DNA of 64,000 bases from a bacterium (lineage in GTDB: Bacteria > UBA8248): the NCBI GenBank assembly GCA_965219955.1, contig OZ244799.1:3712001-3776000 (forward strand). The letters are read 5' to 3'. Below the pieces are notes generated by a model that saw only the letters and a list, made by a program, of their open reading frames with translations, ran no database searches and was not told where the DNA came from. Position 1 is the stretch's first letter, and every line of letters starts with the position of its first letter. Below are positions 10,598-20,030 of this stretch, piece by piece. The position numbers were made by a program, and so were the translations under genes.

Positions 10598-10869
10598 CGT
10601 GATTCTCCCCCCGGTGAGCGCTCTGCAGCGCGGCGCAGTGGAACCGAAAGAATAAAGAAGAACTATACGGTTTTCGTGTGAGACAATCATGTGATGTTTC
10701 GTGAATTATATGTGTTTTCGGGGATATTCGCGGGGGCTGCGCATGCCGGGCGAGCGTTGCCCGTGCAGACTCAAGCCCCGGCGGCCGGAATGCGGGATCC
10801 GCCGGTAAAGGAGAAGGCGGCGGGAAAATGTTTTCCTTTCAATCGTTCGCCCCTCCCCGGGCAGGCGGT

Positions 10870-11463
10870 CTATCCGGCGTCCCGGACGCAGATTTCCCAA
10901 TAGTCGGGACGGGCCGGGCGGGAGGAGTTCTCCACGTCGTGGCCGTCCATGCGGGTGCCGTCGACAAACCTGCCGAAGGCCAATCTCCCGTCACTGCCGA
11001 CGATATAATCTTCAATGAGAATTTTTCCCTCCGACCGCCCGGCCATCCTGAAAATTTTGTAGCCATGGGTTTTCGTGCGGTGGTTACAGGAGGCGGCGTA
11101 GGGCCTGTTCTGTTCACTGCGCCGGAACTTCCCGTCGGCGACGAAGGTTTCTTGGATGTGGTGGCAATCCCAACCGCATAAAGCTCCTCCCCACCTCTTG
11201 ATAAGCCGGGCGGCTCCGCTCGCGTCGGTGTGCAAAGAGAGATTGAGACGCCTTCTGTCTCTAAATTGATCCGTACAAATCCACTCCCCGGCCATTTCGG
11301 GGTTGCACTCGTTGGCCGCGCTAGCGATTTGTCGGGCGGAGCGGTCCCGACGCTCCCCGGCGGACGCGGTCCCTGCGAAGAGGACGAGCGCGGCCGGCAA
11401 CGCCAGGATGAGGATGATGGATTTGCGCGGCGTGATTTTGCGCCTGGCGGCGTGTTCGGACAT
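10870..11463 (-). CDS. Secreted Cys-rich protein, YAASCNHR family, paralog A2
   Basis: RBS GAGGAGG; signal peptide; NECNPEMAGEWIC, YAASCNHRTKTHGYKIFRMA, MDGHDVENS. Confidence 0.75.
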   Translation of the reverse strand: MSEHAARRKITPRKSIILILALPAALVLFAGTASAGERRDRSARQIASAANECNPEMAGEWICTDQFRDRRRLNLSLHTDASGAARLIKRWGGALCGWDCHHIQETFVADGKFRRSEQNRPYAASCNHRTKTHGYKIFRMAGRSEGKILIEDYIVGSDGRLAFGRFVDGTRMDGHDVENSSRPARPDYWEICVRDAG

Positions 11464-12098
11464 GGTTTTCCCTCCTCGTGGTGCGCGTTCGAAGCCTGAA
11501 CCTCGTAGATACCCGTTGATTCTAGAGGGCCGCGGAGGGAAATCAAGCCCGCCCGGAGCCGAACGAAAGGACGGGCATCCGCTCATGGACGCCCGTTTTC
11601 CGGCCGGGAGAGCGGAAACGGCGCCGGGCCGGTTCCGCGCCGCCTCGTTCGGGGAAGGGCCGGGGCGCATGCCGGGCCCGGTTCCCCTTCGCCGCATTCG
11701 CGTTCAGTGAACCCGGAACGGGAGATCCGCCCACCCTCGTCTCCCGACGCACGACTCCCGGCGTTCCTCCCGCCTGCCCGCCGGCCGGCAGGCGGCGCCC
11801 GGCGCATTCTCCCCTGCCAGTCACCGTGCTTTTCAGGCGCCGGAACCCGGGAGCACGCCAGGGCGGCCGGACGGCGCGGCCGGGCGAGGAGGCGCCAGTT
11901 CCGTGGGTGCATCCGGCGCGGTTGCGCTCCCCGCATCGCGGGAACATGCAACCCCGGTGGAGGCTTTCGAATGGCGGCGAGTCCCCGGAAACAGGTATAA
12001 TCGAGACCTGTTGGAGAGCCGCAAACCCTCCGTGCGCGGTTCGGCCTCCCCGGACCCGTGACTGCGGGGGAGCCGGACGAACGAAAGGAGATTTCGCC

Positions 12099-12617
12099 AT
12101 GCGCCTCATCGTTTTTTTCCTGATGGTCCTTTTTCTTTCCACACCCGCACTCGCGCAGGACCAGAAAAGAGGATACCCCGTCAACGAGTGCAACCCCGTC
12201 CTCAACGGGGATTGGCTTTGCCGAAATGCCCAAAGCGGCAGGCATAGTCATAAGACTCTCTCTTTGAAAATCGACGGCAACGGGGTCGAGCGGCTGGTGT
12301 TCGAAAGCGGCGGAAGCTGTCGCGGCTGCCACACTGGCTCCGATAGCTACCTCGCCGACGGCCGCCGCCACGTCAATGAAGTGGGTATGAAGTACGCCGC
12401 CTCCTGCAACCACCGCACCAAGACCAAAGGCCATAAAATTTTCCGCATTGCCGCCCGAGGGAACGAAGGCAGTCTCATCATCATGGAGTACTGGATTATG
12501 AGCGACGGAAGGATGGTTACTGCCCGTTTTCGGGGCACCATGGACGGATGGGACGTTAAAAACTCCGACCGGGAGGCACAACCCTTTAACTACGATATTT
12601 GCGCTAAACTGGAATAA
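12099..12617 (+). CDS. Secreted Cys-rich protein, YAASCNHR family, paralog A3 (contains CRGCH)
   Basis: RBS AAGGAG; signal peptide MRLIVFFLMVLFLSTPALA; NECNPVLNGDWLC, SCRGCH, YAASCNHRTKT, GTMDGWDVKNSDR. Confidence 0.8.
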   Translation: MRLIVFFLMVLFLSTPALAQDQKRGYPVNECNPVLNGDWLCRNAQSGRHSHKTLSLKIDGNGVERLVFESGGSCRGCHTGSDSYLADGRRHVNEVGMKYAASCNHRTKTKGHKIFRIAARGNEGSLIIMEYWIMSDGRMVTARFRGTMDGWDVKNSDREAQPFNYDICAKLE

Positions 12618-12657
12618 CGGGACGGGGTTAAACCGCCCAAGGTGGAGGGGGCTTTCC

Positions 12658-12777
12658 GTGAAGACAAAACCCCTGGCCGCCGCCGCTTTAATTTTCTCCC
12701 TGCTGTTGGTTGACCCCGTCCCCGAAGCCAAAAGCGGGGACAGGGTCGGCGAAAAACCCAAATCCCTGCGCCTGTAA
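12658..12777 (+). pseudogene. Truncated 'gene B' stub (39 codons) after A3
   Basis: GGAGG RBS, GTG start, VKTKPLAAAALIFSLLLVDPVPEAKSGDRVGEKPKSLRL*; homologous to the stubs at 13671 and 14681. Confidence 0.5.
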
Positions 12778-13069
12778 CGGGCGGTAGCATGAACCTGCGA
12801 AAACCCCGCCGTATGGCCGGGACCGTCGCCGTTTGCCGCCGTTTCGCCCGCCTGGCGGGAAGCGGGCTGCAAAGCCCGGGCAACTGATCCTCGACCGGTT
12901 CGCGCGCCTCGTTCCATGCTTCCATCGCCGGCCCGGGAGCGGTATCCTGTATTCGTGCTCCGCTCCGCGCGACGTGCGGCGCACCGGGGCTCGTCGCCGC
13001 GTTAAACGGCCGCCGGGAGGCCCGGCCGCTTTGTCCGGTGCAGCGTCGCGCTGCAAGGGAGGGATTCCC

Positions 13070-13630
13070 ATGTCCATCAAATCAGCCGCCGGCATCGTCT
13101 TTGCCCTGGTCGTTTCCGCCTGCCCCCTCGCCTTAGGAACCGCGTCCGCCGCCGAACGAACGGACCGGCCCGCCAAAGAGGCCGCCGGCGCGGCCAACGT
13201 GTGCAGCCCCGTCCTCAACGGGGAGTGGATTTGCCGAAATGCCCAAAACGGCGAACTTTCGCGTGAGAACCTCTCTTTGGAAACCGACGGAAGCGGTGCC
13301 ACCCGGCTGGTCAAGAGATGGGGGGGAGCTAGCCGCGGCTCCCACGATATGAAGGCAACCTACGTTGCCGACGGCCGCCGCCGCGTCAACGAAGAAGGTG
13401 ATGATTACGCCGCCTCCTGCAACCACCGCACCAAGACCCAGGGCAATAAGATTTTCCGCATCGCCGAGCAGTTTACCTCGGGTAGGGCCGGAATGAAGGA
13501 GTACGTTATCATGGACGACGGAAGGATGCTTATTGGCGGATTTGGCGGAACCATGGACGGGTGGGACGTCAAGAACTCCGACCGGCCGCCCGAACCCGAT
13601 TGGTATTATGTATGCGCCAAGGAGGAATAA
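13070..13630 (+). CDS. Secreted Cys-rich protein, YAASCNHR family, paralog A4
   Basis: RBS GGGAGG; signal peptide MSIKSAAGIVFALVVSACPLALGTASA; same conserved blocks, with ASRGSH in place of SCRGCH. Confidence 0.8.
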   Translation: MSIKSAAGIVFALVVSACPLALGTASAAERTDRPAKEAAGAANVCSPVLNGEWICRNAQNGELSRENLSLETDGSGATRLVKRWGGASRGSHDMKATYVADGRRRVNEEGDDYAASCNHRTKTQGNKIFRIAEQFTSGRAGMKEYVIMDDGRMLIGGFGGTMDGWDVKNSDRPPEPDWYYVCAKEE

Positions 13631-14079
13631 CGGGGAAGGGGTTTGAACCGCCCAGGGAGGGGCAAAAGAATTGAGAAAACAACTGACCGCCGCCGCCCTC
13701 GTCTTCTCCCTAGCCGGTTTTCACTTCTCCCCCGAAGCGGGGTTTGGGACAGGGTCGGCGACAAGCTCAAATCCCTGCGCCCGTAACGGGCGGTGACGTG
13801 AACCTGCGCAAAACCCCGCCGTACGGCCGGGACCGTCGCGGTTCGCCGCCGTTTCGCCCGCTCGGAGGGAAGCGGACTATGAAGCCCGTACAACTGGCCG
13901 TCGACCGACTCGCGCGCCTCGTTCCATGCTTCCATCGCCGGCCCGGGAGCGGTATCCTCTATTCGTGCTTCGCTCCGGGCGACGTGCGGCGCACCGGGGC
14001 TCGTCGCCGCGTTAAACGGCCGCCGGGCGGCCCGGCCGCTTCGTCCGGTGCAGCGTCGCGCTAGAAGGGAGGAATTCTC

Positions 14080-14640
14080 ATGTCCGTCAAATCAGCCGCC
14101 GGCATCGTCTTTGCCCTGGTCGTTTCCGCCTGCCCCCTCGCCTCAGGAACCGCGTCCGCCGCCGAGCGAACGGACCGGCCCGCCAAAGAGGCCGCCGGCG
14201 CGGCCAACAAGTGCAACCCCGCTCTTAACGGGGATTGGATGTGCCGAAATGCCCAAACGGGCAAGCATAATCATCTGGCTCTCTCTTTGAAAATCGACGG
14301 CGGCGGGGCGGAGCTGCTAGTGGTCGGAGACGACGGGGCCTGTCGCGGTTGCCACACTAGCCCGTACAGCTTTCTCGCCGACGGACGCCGCCACCGCAAC
14401 GAAAGCGGTATAGAGTACGCCGCCTCCTGCAACCACCGCACCAAGACCAGGGGCCATAAAATTTTCCGTATCGCCCTCCAATTGGACTCGGGCAAGGCCG
14501 TCATCGAAGAGTACTGGATTATGAGCGATGGAAGGATAGTCATTGCCCGTTTTCGGGGCACCATGGACGGATGGGACGTTAAAAACTCCGACCGGGAGGC
14601 GCAACCCTATAGCTACGATATTTGCGCCAAACTGGAATAA
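14080..14640 (+). CDS. Secreted Cys-rich protein, YAASCNHR family, paralog A5 (A4/A3 mosaic)
   Basis: 5' end near-identical to A4, 3' end near-identical to A3; contains ACRGCH. Confidence 0.8.
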   Translation: MSVKSAAGIVFALVVSACPLASGTASAAERTDRPAKEAAGAANKCNPALNGDWMCRNAQTGKHNHLALSLKIDGGGAELLVVGDDGACRGCHTSPYSFLADGRRHRNESGIEYAASCNHRTKTRGHKIFRIALQLDSGKAVIEEYWIMSDGRIVIARFRGTMDGWDVKNSDREAQPYSYDICAKLE

Positions 14641-14680
14641 CGGGGCAAAAGTTTAAACCGCCCAAGGAGGGGCAACAAAA

Positions 14681-15007
14681 TTGAGAAAACAACTGACCGT
14701 CGCCGCCCTTGTCTTCTCCCTCGCGGGTTTTCACTTCTCCCCCGAGGCGGGGGTAAGGGACAGGGTGGGCGACAAGATCAAGTCTCTCAAGAAAGTCGCC
14801 AAAAACCAGGACTGGTAGGCCAACGTCATGCTCTTTTCGGTGGGCTCTATGATGCCCGTCTGTTTCTACCACTGCAAAAAGAAACCCAACACCTGGGCCT
14901 TCCTCACCGCCGGAACCACACAGGGACGCGAACGCCATGACAAGCCCAAAAAGGACGTCTGGCTAAGACCCTTGCGAAAAAACTGGAAGCGTACCCTCAA
15001 CAGCTAA
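14681..15007 (+). pseudogene. Decayed 'gene B' fused in frame to a DUF4338-like C-terminal remnant
   Basis: LRKQLTVAALVFSLAG...DRVGDKIKSLKKVAKNQDW*(TAG 14816)ANVMLFSVGSMMPVCFYHCKKKP...GTTQGRERHDKPKKDVWLRPLRKNWKRTLNS*. Confidence 0.6.
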
Positions 15008-15520
15008 AGCCGGTCCTCCATCACGGCCCGAACGAACGTTCACGGACGCGCGCCCGCCGGGATGCGCTCGAGTTTGAACGAGTCCGCTTTCGGCTTGATT
15101 ACGGAGTGGGGAAGACGAATTCCGGCAGAAACGGATATGTCATTTAATATCAATGAGATAAATGGGTTTTGCAGTTGTCGGAAATGGCTTGAAAAATCTA
15201 ATTTATCGAAAAACCCCGTGAATTTATCTAATTTTATCGAATTTTTCGGAAATTATTATTTGCATTTTGCACCTTCTGCGTCTCGCCCGGGCGGCGGCCC
15301 GATTCCTGCGGGCAGCACCCCTTCCGCCGCCTGAAAAACGAAGGCCGACGGACGGCCTCTCCAGCATACCCCATAGACGCGAAAGTCCCCCGGCGGCAAA
15401 TGCGGGGAATTGCGCGTGAGGACGGTCTCTCCGATTTTCAGACCTGGGGGCGTTTCGTGAAGCGCCGCTCGGGTCAATGGCGGATGGCCGCCGCCATACC
15501 GAACCCCTGCGTGGGGCCTG

Positions 15521-16156
15521 TTATTTCGCCCCTCCCGGCTCGTAGCTCATCAACTCCCTGTAGCCGTCTCTTAATTTGTACTTGTGTTCCCACTTCATCA
15601 GCACGTTTATCTTGATGACCGGGGATATATGGTATTCTCTTCTGACGTTCGCGGTTTCACAGGCGACGCGATACGTGTCGAAACCGCCTGCGGGAACATT
15701 CACACGAACCTGTCCCTTGACTTCACAACTCGTTTGCCCGCTCCAGCTTCTGCCCGATTCGGTCGACCCTTCGTAGTCGTATTTCCATTTGTTGCCGACC
15801 TTCAGAGGCCAGATTCCGCCTTCGAGATTTGTTATCGACCCGCGTCCGTTGGAGCGGCGTCTGCCGCAATTTTTCCACTTGAGGTATTGCGCCAGGAATT
15901 CATGGTGCGTCCTCGTGGCGGTGCACCCGTAACTCGTTTCGTAGTTCGCCGTGGTCTCATCCACTCCTGTGATTGTCTCGGAGTATTTTTTCCCTCTCGA
16001 ATCTTTCCAGTGTCTTGTTGAGCCGATCTGCGGCGTGGGCTTGGGCATCGGCGCAAGGGCGGTGGGCTTGGAATCGGCCGCAATAGCCGATGGAGTGTGG
16101 CTCAAGGCTCCGGTTGCGAATGCGAACACGAGGCTTGCGATGATGATGAATTTCAT
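15521..16156 (-). CDS. Secreted hypothetical protein (VPAGxF-motif beta-rich family)
   Basis: AAGGAG RBS; signal peptide MKFIIIASLVFAFATGALS; WPLKVGNKW...VRVNVPAGGFDTYRVAC. Confidence 0.7.
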   Translation of the reverse strand: MKFIIIASLVFAFATGALSHTPSAIAADSKPTALAPMPKPTPQIGSTRHWKDSRGKKYSETITGVDETTANYETSYGCTATRTHHEFLAQYLKWKNCGRRRSNGRGSITNLEGGIWPLKVGNKWKYDYEGSTESGRSWSGQTSCEVKGQVRVNVPAGGFDTYRVACETANVRREYHISPVIKINVLMKWEHKYKLRDGYRELMSYEPGGAK

Positions 16157-16455
16157 GGGGTTGTCTCCTTTCTCGAATGAATCCCGGCCCGGCATGGCGG
16201 CGTTCCGGGAGCGGCTGGCCTTGTCTCTCTCCGCCGCGATGGGCGCCCGGGTTGCGGCGCTGCTCATGGACGAACCTCCTCACCGTTTGGGGAGCATTTC
16301 GGTCGTATCGGCATCTCCGCCTTTCCGCTGGAACGTCTGCCGGCCATGCCCGCGCGACTACCCGCCGCCCCCGGCGATGAAACCGGGAGCGGCGAGAGGG
16401 GGTCGCCCGCAGCCTTGTGATATGGGGAATAGGGGCCGGCGGGCCTTGCGCTCGG

Positions 16456-17613
16456 CTATTGTTTATATGCCCCGAAAGCGCCGATGAAGCTTCGGAGTTC
16501 ATCGTCTGTTTTCCCCCCGAACGTCCCGGCGATGGAAGCGGGTTGATCGGCCGCGCTCGCGCCGTTTCCGAATAACTTTCCGCCCCACCTGCCCGAGTAG
16601 CCGTTCGCGCTGGTGCCGCCCCTGAAATTCCCGCCTTGTCCAGTTCCGCTCGCTTGCATAATATTTGCGGACTCCAGCGTTAGGTCGGGCAGGGCAACGC
16701 CGCCATCCGTCCTGCCTTCCGTGGCACGTCCTGAGACGGTTCCCATCTCGGTCGAATCGCCGAAATTGGCTTCGAGGCTCACTTTAGCGGTGAAATTGTC
16801 GTATACCGGAGTAGCATCGGCGTTCGCCTTCATCATGTGTGTCCCGATCGCAGGACCCTCGTAGGCCGCCGTACCCGTGAGGACGGCGAGCCCGTCGTTG
16901 TTGAAGGGGTCGTTGCCGCTTGCCGCGCCGCCTAGCGTGAAACTGCCGCTGAATTCTCCAGTGTTTGAGTCCTTGAAAATATACAACCATGTTCCCAGGC
17001 TCAGATAATCCGCATCCCCGGTATTTTCGATGTCGGAATAGGCGTCCCAATTGAAAATGCCGTTGGATGACTCGCCGTGGACTTCCACCCCCTTCCAGCC
17101 CGCCGCCGGGACGCCGTCCAGCCTGTTTACCGATACATTCGGGTTTGTTGTGCTCGTGCTAAACGTTTGGCCGCTTCTTGTGTTTAGTCGCGTGTACGTG
17201 AAATGGAGTTCCCCGTTCTCGATAAACTCTGGAACGTAGGTAAATGAATCTAAGGTTCGGCCATCGAAAGAGTATGACGATTGCGTGGTGCTGGCGACTC
17301 CCTCGTTCAGCCATCCGGATGCTCTCGACCCAGCGGCTCTCAGTATGCGTATCGCCGCGCCGTTCGCCAGTTGCGGATTCTCATTGACTTCTTTCAGTAA
17401 AGATCCTGCGCGCATCGGCTGTTGCGGTGGCGTAGAACCGCCGCCGGTTCCACCGCCGGGCATCGGGTCCGGCGGCGGCATCACGGCGGCGCCGCCCCCA
17501 CCGCCACCGCCCCCACCGCAGCCCGCCAGCACGAGGGTGCAAACCAGCGTGAAGGTGAGCAGCAAAGATGAAAGTGCTGTTTGTTCCTTGAGTTGCTTTC
17601 TTGCTTTTGTCAT
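16456..17613 (-). CDS. Surface lipoprotein with transferrin-binding-protein (TbpB)-like C-terminal beta-barrel
   Basis: Lipobox LAGC plus poly-Gly/Pro linker; YLSLGTW, GTAAYEGPAIG, FTAKVSLEANF, GRWGGKLFG, IAGTFGG, FIGAFGA at the C-terminus. Confidence 0.75.
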   Translation of the reverse strand: MTKARKQLKEQTALSSLLLTFTLVCTLVLAGCGGGGGGGGGAAVMPPPDPMPGGGTGGGSTPPQQPMRAGSLLKEVNENPQLANGAAIRILRAAGSRASGWLNEGVASTTQSSYSFDGRTLDSFTYVPEFIENGELHFTYTRLNTRSGQTFSTSTTNPNVSVNRLDGVPAAGWKGVEVHGESSNGIFNWDAYSDIENTGDADYLSLGTWLYIFKDSNTGEFSGSFTLGGAASGNDPFNNDGLAVLTGTAAYEGPAIGTHMMKANADATPVYDNFTAKVSLEANFGDSTEMGTVSGRATEGRTDGGVALPDLTLESANIMQASGTGQGGNFRGGTSANGYSGRWGGKLFGNGASAADQPASIAGTFGGKTDDELRSFIGAFGAYKQ

Positions 17614-17676
17614 TTCGACTCCCTCCAATTGTGGAAAGCGGCGATCCGTCCGGCCGCAGATAAACCCGGCTTCGTC

Positions 17677-19069
17677 GCCACAAAGTCACGATTGAAGAGA
17701 GATGGATTCCCCGCCCGTTCCGCTCTCCAGGGGATGGAGAGAGGCTTCTATCCGGCGGGTAACCAGGAAACGTGCATCGTGGTTTTGTGGCAACAGCAAT
17801 GATCTTTGAAAACAACCGAAATGTCAAATGCTTGATTCATAAGGACGAACCGCCGTCGTGAGATGGCTGCCGCTTCCTGGGTGGTGGAAATTTCGGGGGA
17901 ATTCCCTGTGTTCGTTGCTGGAGATTTCCGGGAAATCGCGTGCAAGCAAGAATCAAGCTTTTTTCAGCAATGTTGTCGGTTTTCACATAAGTCGACTTTT
18001 GGAAGAATGTGTTTCGGTAAATTCAAGTTCCGCTCTCCAGGGGATGGAGAGAGGCTTCTATCCGGCGGGTAACCTAGAAACGAGCATCGTGGTTTTGTGG
18101 CAACAGGAGTGATCGGTGAAAACCGCCGGAATGTCAAATTCTTGATCCATAAGGACGAACCGCTGTCGTGAGATGTCTGCCGCCTCCCGGGTGGTGGAAA
18201 TTTCGGGGGAATCGCCTGCGTTCGTTGCCGGAGATTTCCGGGAAATCGCGTGCAAACAAGAGTCAAGCTTTTTTCAGCTATTTGTCCATTTTCACACAGG
18301 TCGACTTTTGGGAGAATGTGTTTCGCCGGATTCAGAATGAATTGAACGGGCGGGTCCATTATCCGGCGAAAAGGGTTGCTCCCCGGACTGTAGACGCTCC
18401 GGGCTGTTTGCCACAAACCACGATCGAAGAGATGGGCGCCCGCCTGTTCCGGCCCTCGGGAAACCGGGGGCCGTCATGTATTCAGTAGGCGGCATGTTCT
18501 CCGGATTTGATGAATGGACGTGTCTGTTTTCCGATGAAAAGGTTCCGCATCGGATCGATTCATTTTGTTTTCATGTCAATGAGAGAGGGCTGTTCGCCGG
18601 ACCGCGGACGCAGTCGGGCTGTTTGCCACAAAAACCACGATCGAAGAGATGGGTTTCCCGCCTATTCCGGCTCTCTTACGTCCAGTCGTTCAACCTGGAT
18701 CAATGAGGCCGTGTTGTATTCAGCGGGCAGCCCGAACGGGCTGACTGCCGTGGTTTTTGTGGCAAGGAAATGATCGGACATGACAACTGGCTTGTCAAAC
18801 GCGGGTGGACAAGGGGAGACGGGGGGACGTCGGAGTTTTTGTCGTTTCTCGAATGACGAGAAAGGCGGCGATTCGCCCGGCCACGGAAGCAGTCGCGCCT
18901 TTTGCCACAAAAATCACGATTCAGGAGATGAGTGTCCTGCCTTTCCATCTCCAGGGGGATGGAGATACGTCCTGTATTCGGCGGCTGCTTGGGTGGCGGC
19001 TGGTTTGAAGCTGTGTACTCGTGGTTTTGTCGCAAGAGAAATGATCGAACAAGAAATTCTGGATGTCAA
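17677..19069 (-). promoter_or_regulatory. Tandem array of five sigma70-like promoter + stem-closed structured leader/sRNA cassettes upstream of the TbpB-like gene
   Basis: Minus-strand TTGACA at 17822-27, 18132-37, 18574-79, 18793-98 and 19064-69. Each is followed after exactly 17 nt by GATCAT/GATCAC (degenerate in the 18574 copy), then by a segment closed by GCCACAAAA(A)CCACGAT...ATCGTGGTTTT(T)GTGGC (one arm missing or degenerate in the 18132 and 18574 copies). Confidence 0.65.
17718..18335. repeat. About 310-bp tandem direct duplication
   Basis: TTCCGCTCTCCAGGGGATGGAGAGAGGCTTCTATCCGGCGGGTAACC begins at 17718 and again at 18028, with similarity continuing to about 18335. Confidence 0.9.
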
Positions 19070-19164
19070 ACAAAATCGTGCGAGGGGGCGACGGCGCTTG
19101 AAGGAGACGGGCAAGGAATTACGCTCTCATATTTTTCTCGTACTCGGCAAACTCTCTCTCATCG

Positions 19165-19300
19165 AGGGTGTTGAAAAACCCCTCGTCGGGGGCATCGCTT
19201 TTACCCTTTTTGGTCTAGGGGGCTTTTTCAACAACCCTCCCTCCCCGGTCGGCAGCCCCTCCCTCCCCGGTCGGCGAACCCTCCCTCCCCGGTCGGGTTC
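19165..19300. repeat. Short MITE-like element (GTTGAAAAA...TTTTTCAAC) followed by three CCCTCCCTCCCCGGTCGG tandem repeats
   Basis: GTTGAAAAA 19170-78, TTTTTCAAC 19224-32; triplicated motif at about 19234-19296. Confidence 0.6.
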
Positions 19301-19400
19301 GACCCCACCATTGACACCGCTCCTCCCGCGTGAAAGCATCGGGGAAACTTTCATGGAATGGATGGATGCCGCCTCCCGCCTCTCGATAAGGAGGGCAAAG

Positions 19401-19997
19401 ATGATTCGGCGTATCGCTCGGTGTGCGGCCGCGGCATGTCTGGCGGTTTTTGCGGCGCTCGCGTTTTCTCCGCATCAGGCGCAAGGCATGGAAAAGCAAG
19501 TCGTCTTCATCAAGGCGTTTTATCCCCTGGATGAGCCGAGGTTTCACTGCATCGACATCCCGGGGCACCGCGACCGCGTGAGAACCACAGCCGCCCTTCT
19601 CGTGCACACCTGCAAGGAGGGCATCTGGAACCTCGATGGGCAGTTCGACCCCGCCGCCGTGGGGAAGGGCCAGCTCCGGATGCCCGAATACGACTTGTGC
19701 GTCGCGGCTGCTGCGGCAACCGACGGCGCGAAGCTCGTGCTCGAAAAATGCGGCGGCGCGGCCCTCCAGAACTGGCGTTTCGAGAACTACCGCCTGAGCT
19801 TGAAGGCGCATCCGGACAAGTGCATCACCATCGGTCCCGAGCCGTCGCGCCTCACGCGGGGCGGGCGCAGGCTGCCGAGCCGCCACATGGCGCGCTCCCT
19901 GGCCCTCGGGACGTGTTCGGAAGATGCGCTCGAGAGACAGCTATGGCGGCTGGAAAAACCCATGCAGCGCACCGGCTCCATCATGCCCTTCAAGTAG
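19401..19997 (+). CDS. Secreted ricin-B (beta-trefoil) lectin-like protein
   Basis: AAGGAGG RBS; signal peptide; HCIDIPG, LLVHTCK, LCVAA, LVLEKC, QNWRF, KCITIG, QLWRL repeats. Confidence 0.75.
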   Translation: MIRRIARCAAAACLAVFAALAFSPHQAQGMEKQVVFIKAFYPLDEPRFHCIDIPGHRDRVRTTAALLVHTCKEGIWNLDGQFDPAAVGKGQLRMPEYDLCVAAAAATDGAKLVLEKCGGAALQNWRFENYRLSLKAHPDKCITIGPEPSRLTRGGRRLPSRHMARSLALGTCSEDALERQLWRLEKPMQRTGSIMPFK

Positions 19998-20030
19998 GGT
20001 GAGACGCCCCTGCAAATGGATGCCTGAATC

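Larger units (their letters stand above)
12618..14210 (+). repeat. Tandem direct repeat, period about 1010 bp (intergenic region plus 5' end of A4/A5)
   Basis: 12618-13200 and 13631-14210 are near-identical over long stretches, e.g. CGCGCGCCTCGTTCCATGCTTCCATCGCCGGCCCGGGAGCGGTATCCT. Confidence 0.85.

Noticed and set aside
10049-14640. Diversity-generating retroelement or integron cassette array
   Set aside because: No reverse transcriptase or integrase in the window, differences are not adenine-specific by eye, and no attC-type GTTRRRY/RYYYAAC palindromes were recognised.
14816-14818. In-frame TAG as pyrrolysine or programmed read-through
   Set aside because: The homologous left copy has Arg here, the gene is decayed in all copies, and no pyl context is present. 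A nonsense mutation is simpler.
18625-18763. Hammerhead ribozyme or c-di-AMP/c-di-GMP riboswitch identity for the cassette RNA
   Set aside because: CTGAATA...GGAATA only loosely resembles CUGAUGA/GAAA or ydaO motifs, and the other required consensus elements are missing.
17677-19069. CRISPR array
   Set aside because: The repeats alternate in orientation, spacing is irregular (about 220-440 bp), intervening sequences are homologous to each other, and no cas genes are present.
18780-19400. N-terminal extension of the 405-aa ORF
   Set aside because: It runs through the promoter cassettes and a MITE. A clear RBS and signal peptide begin at 19401.
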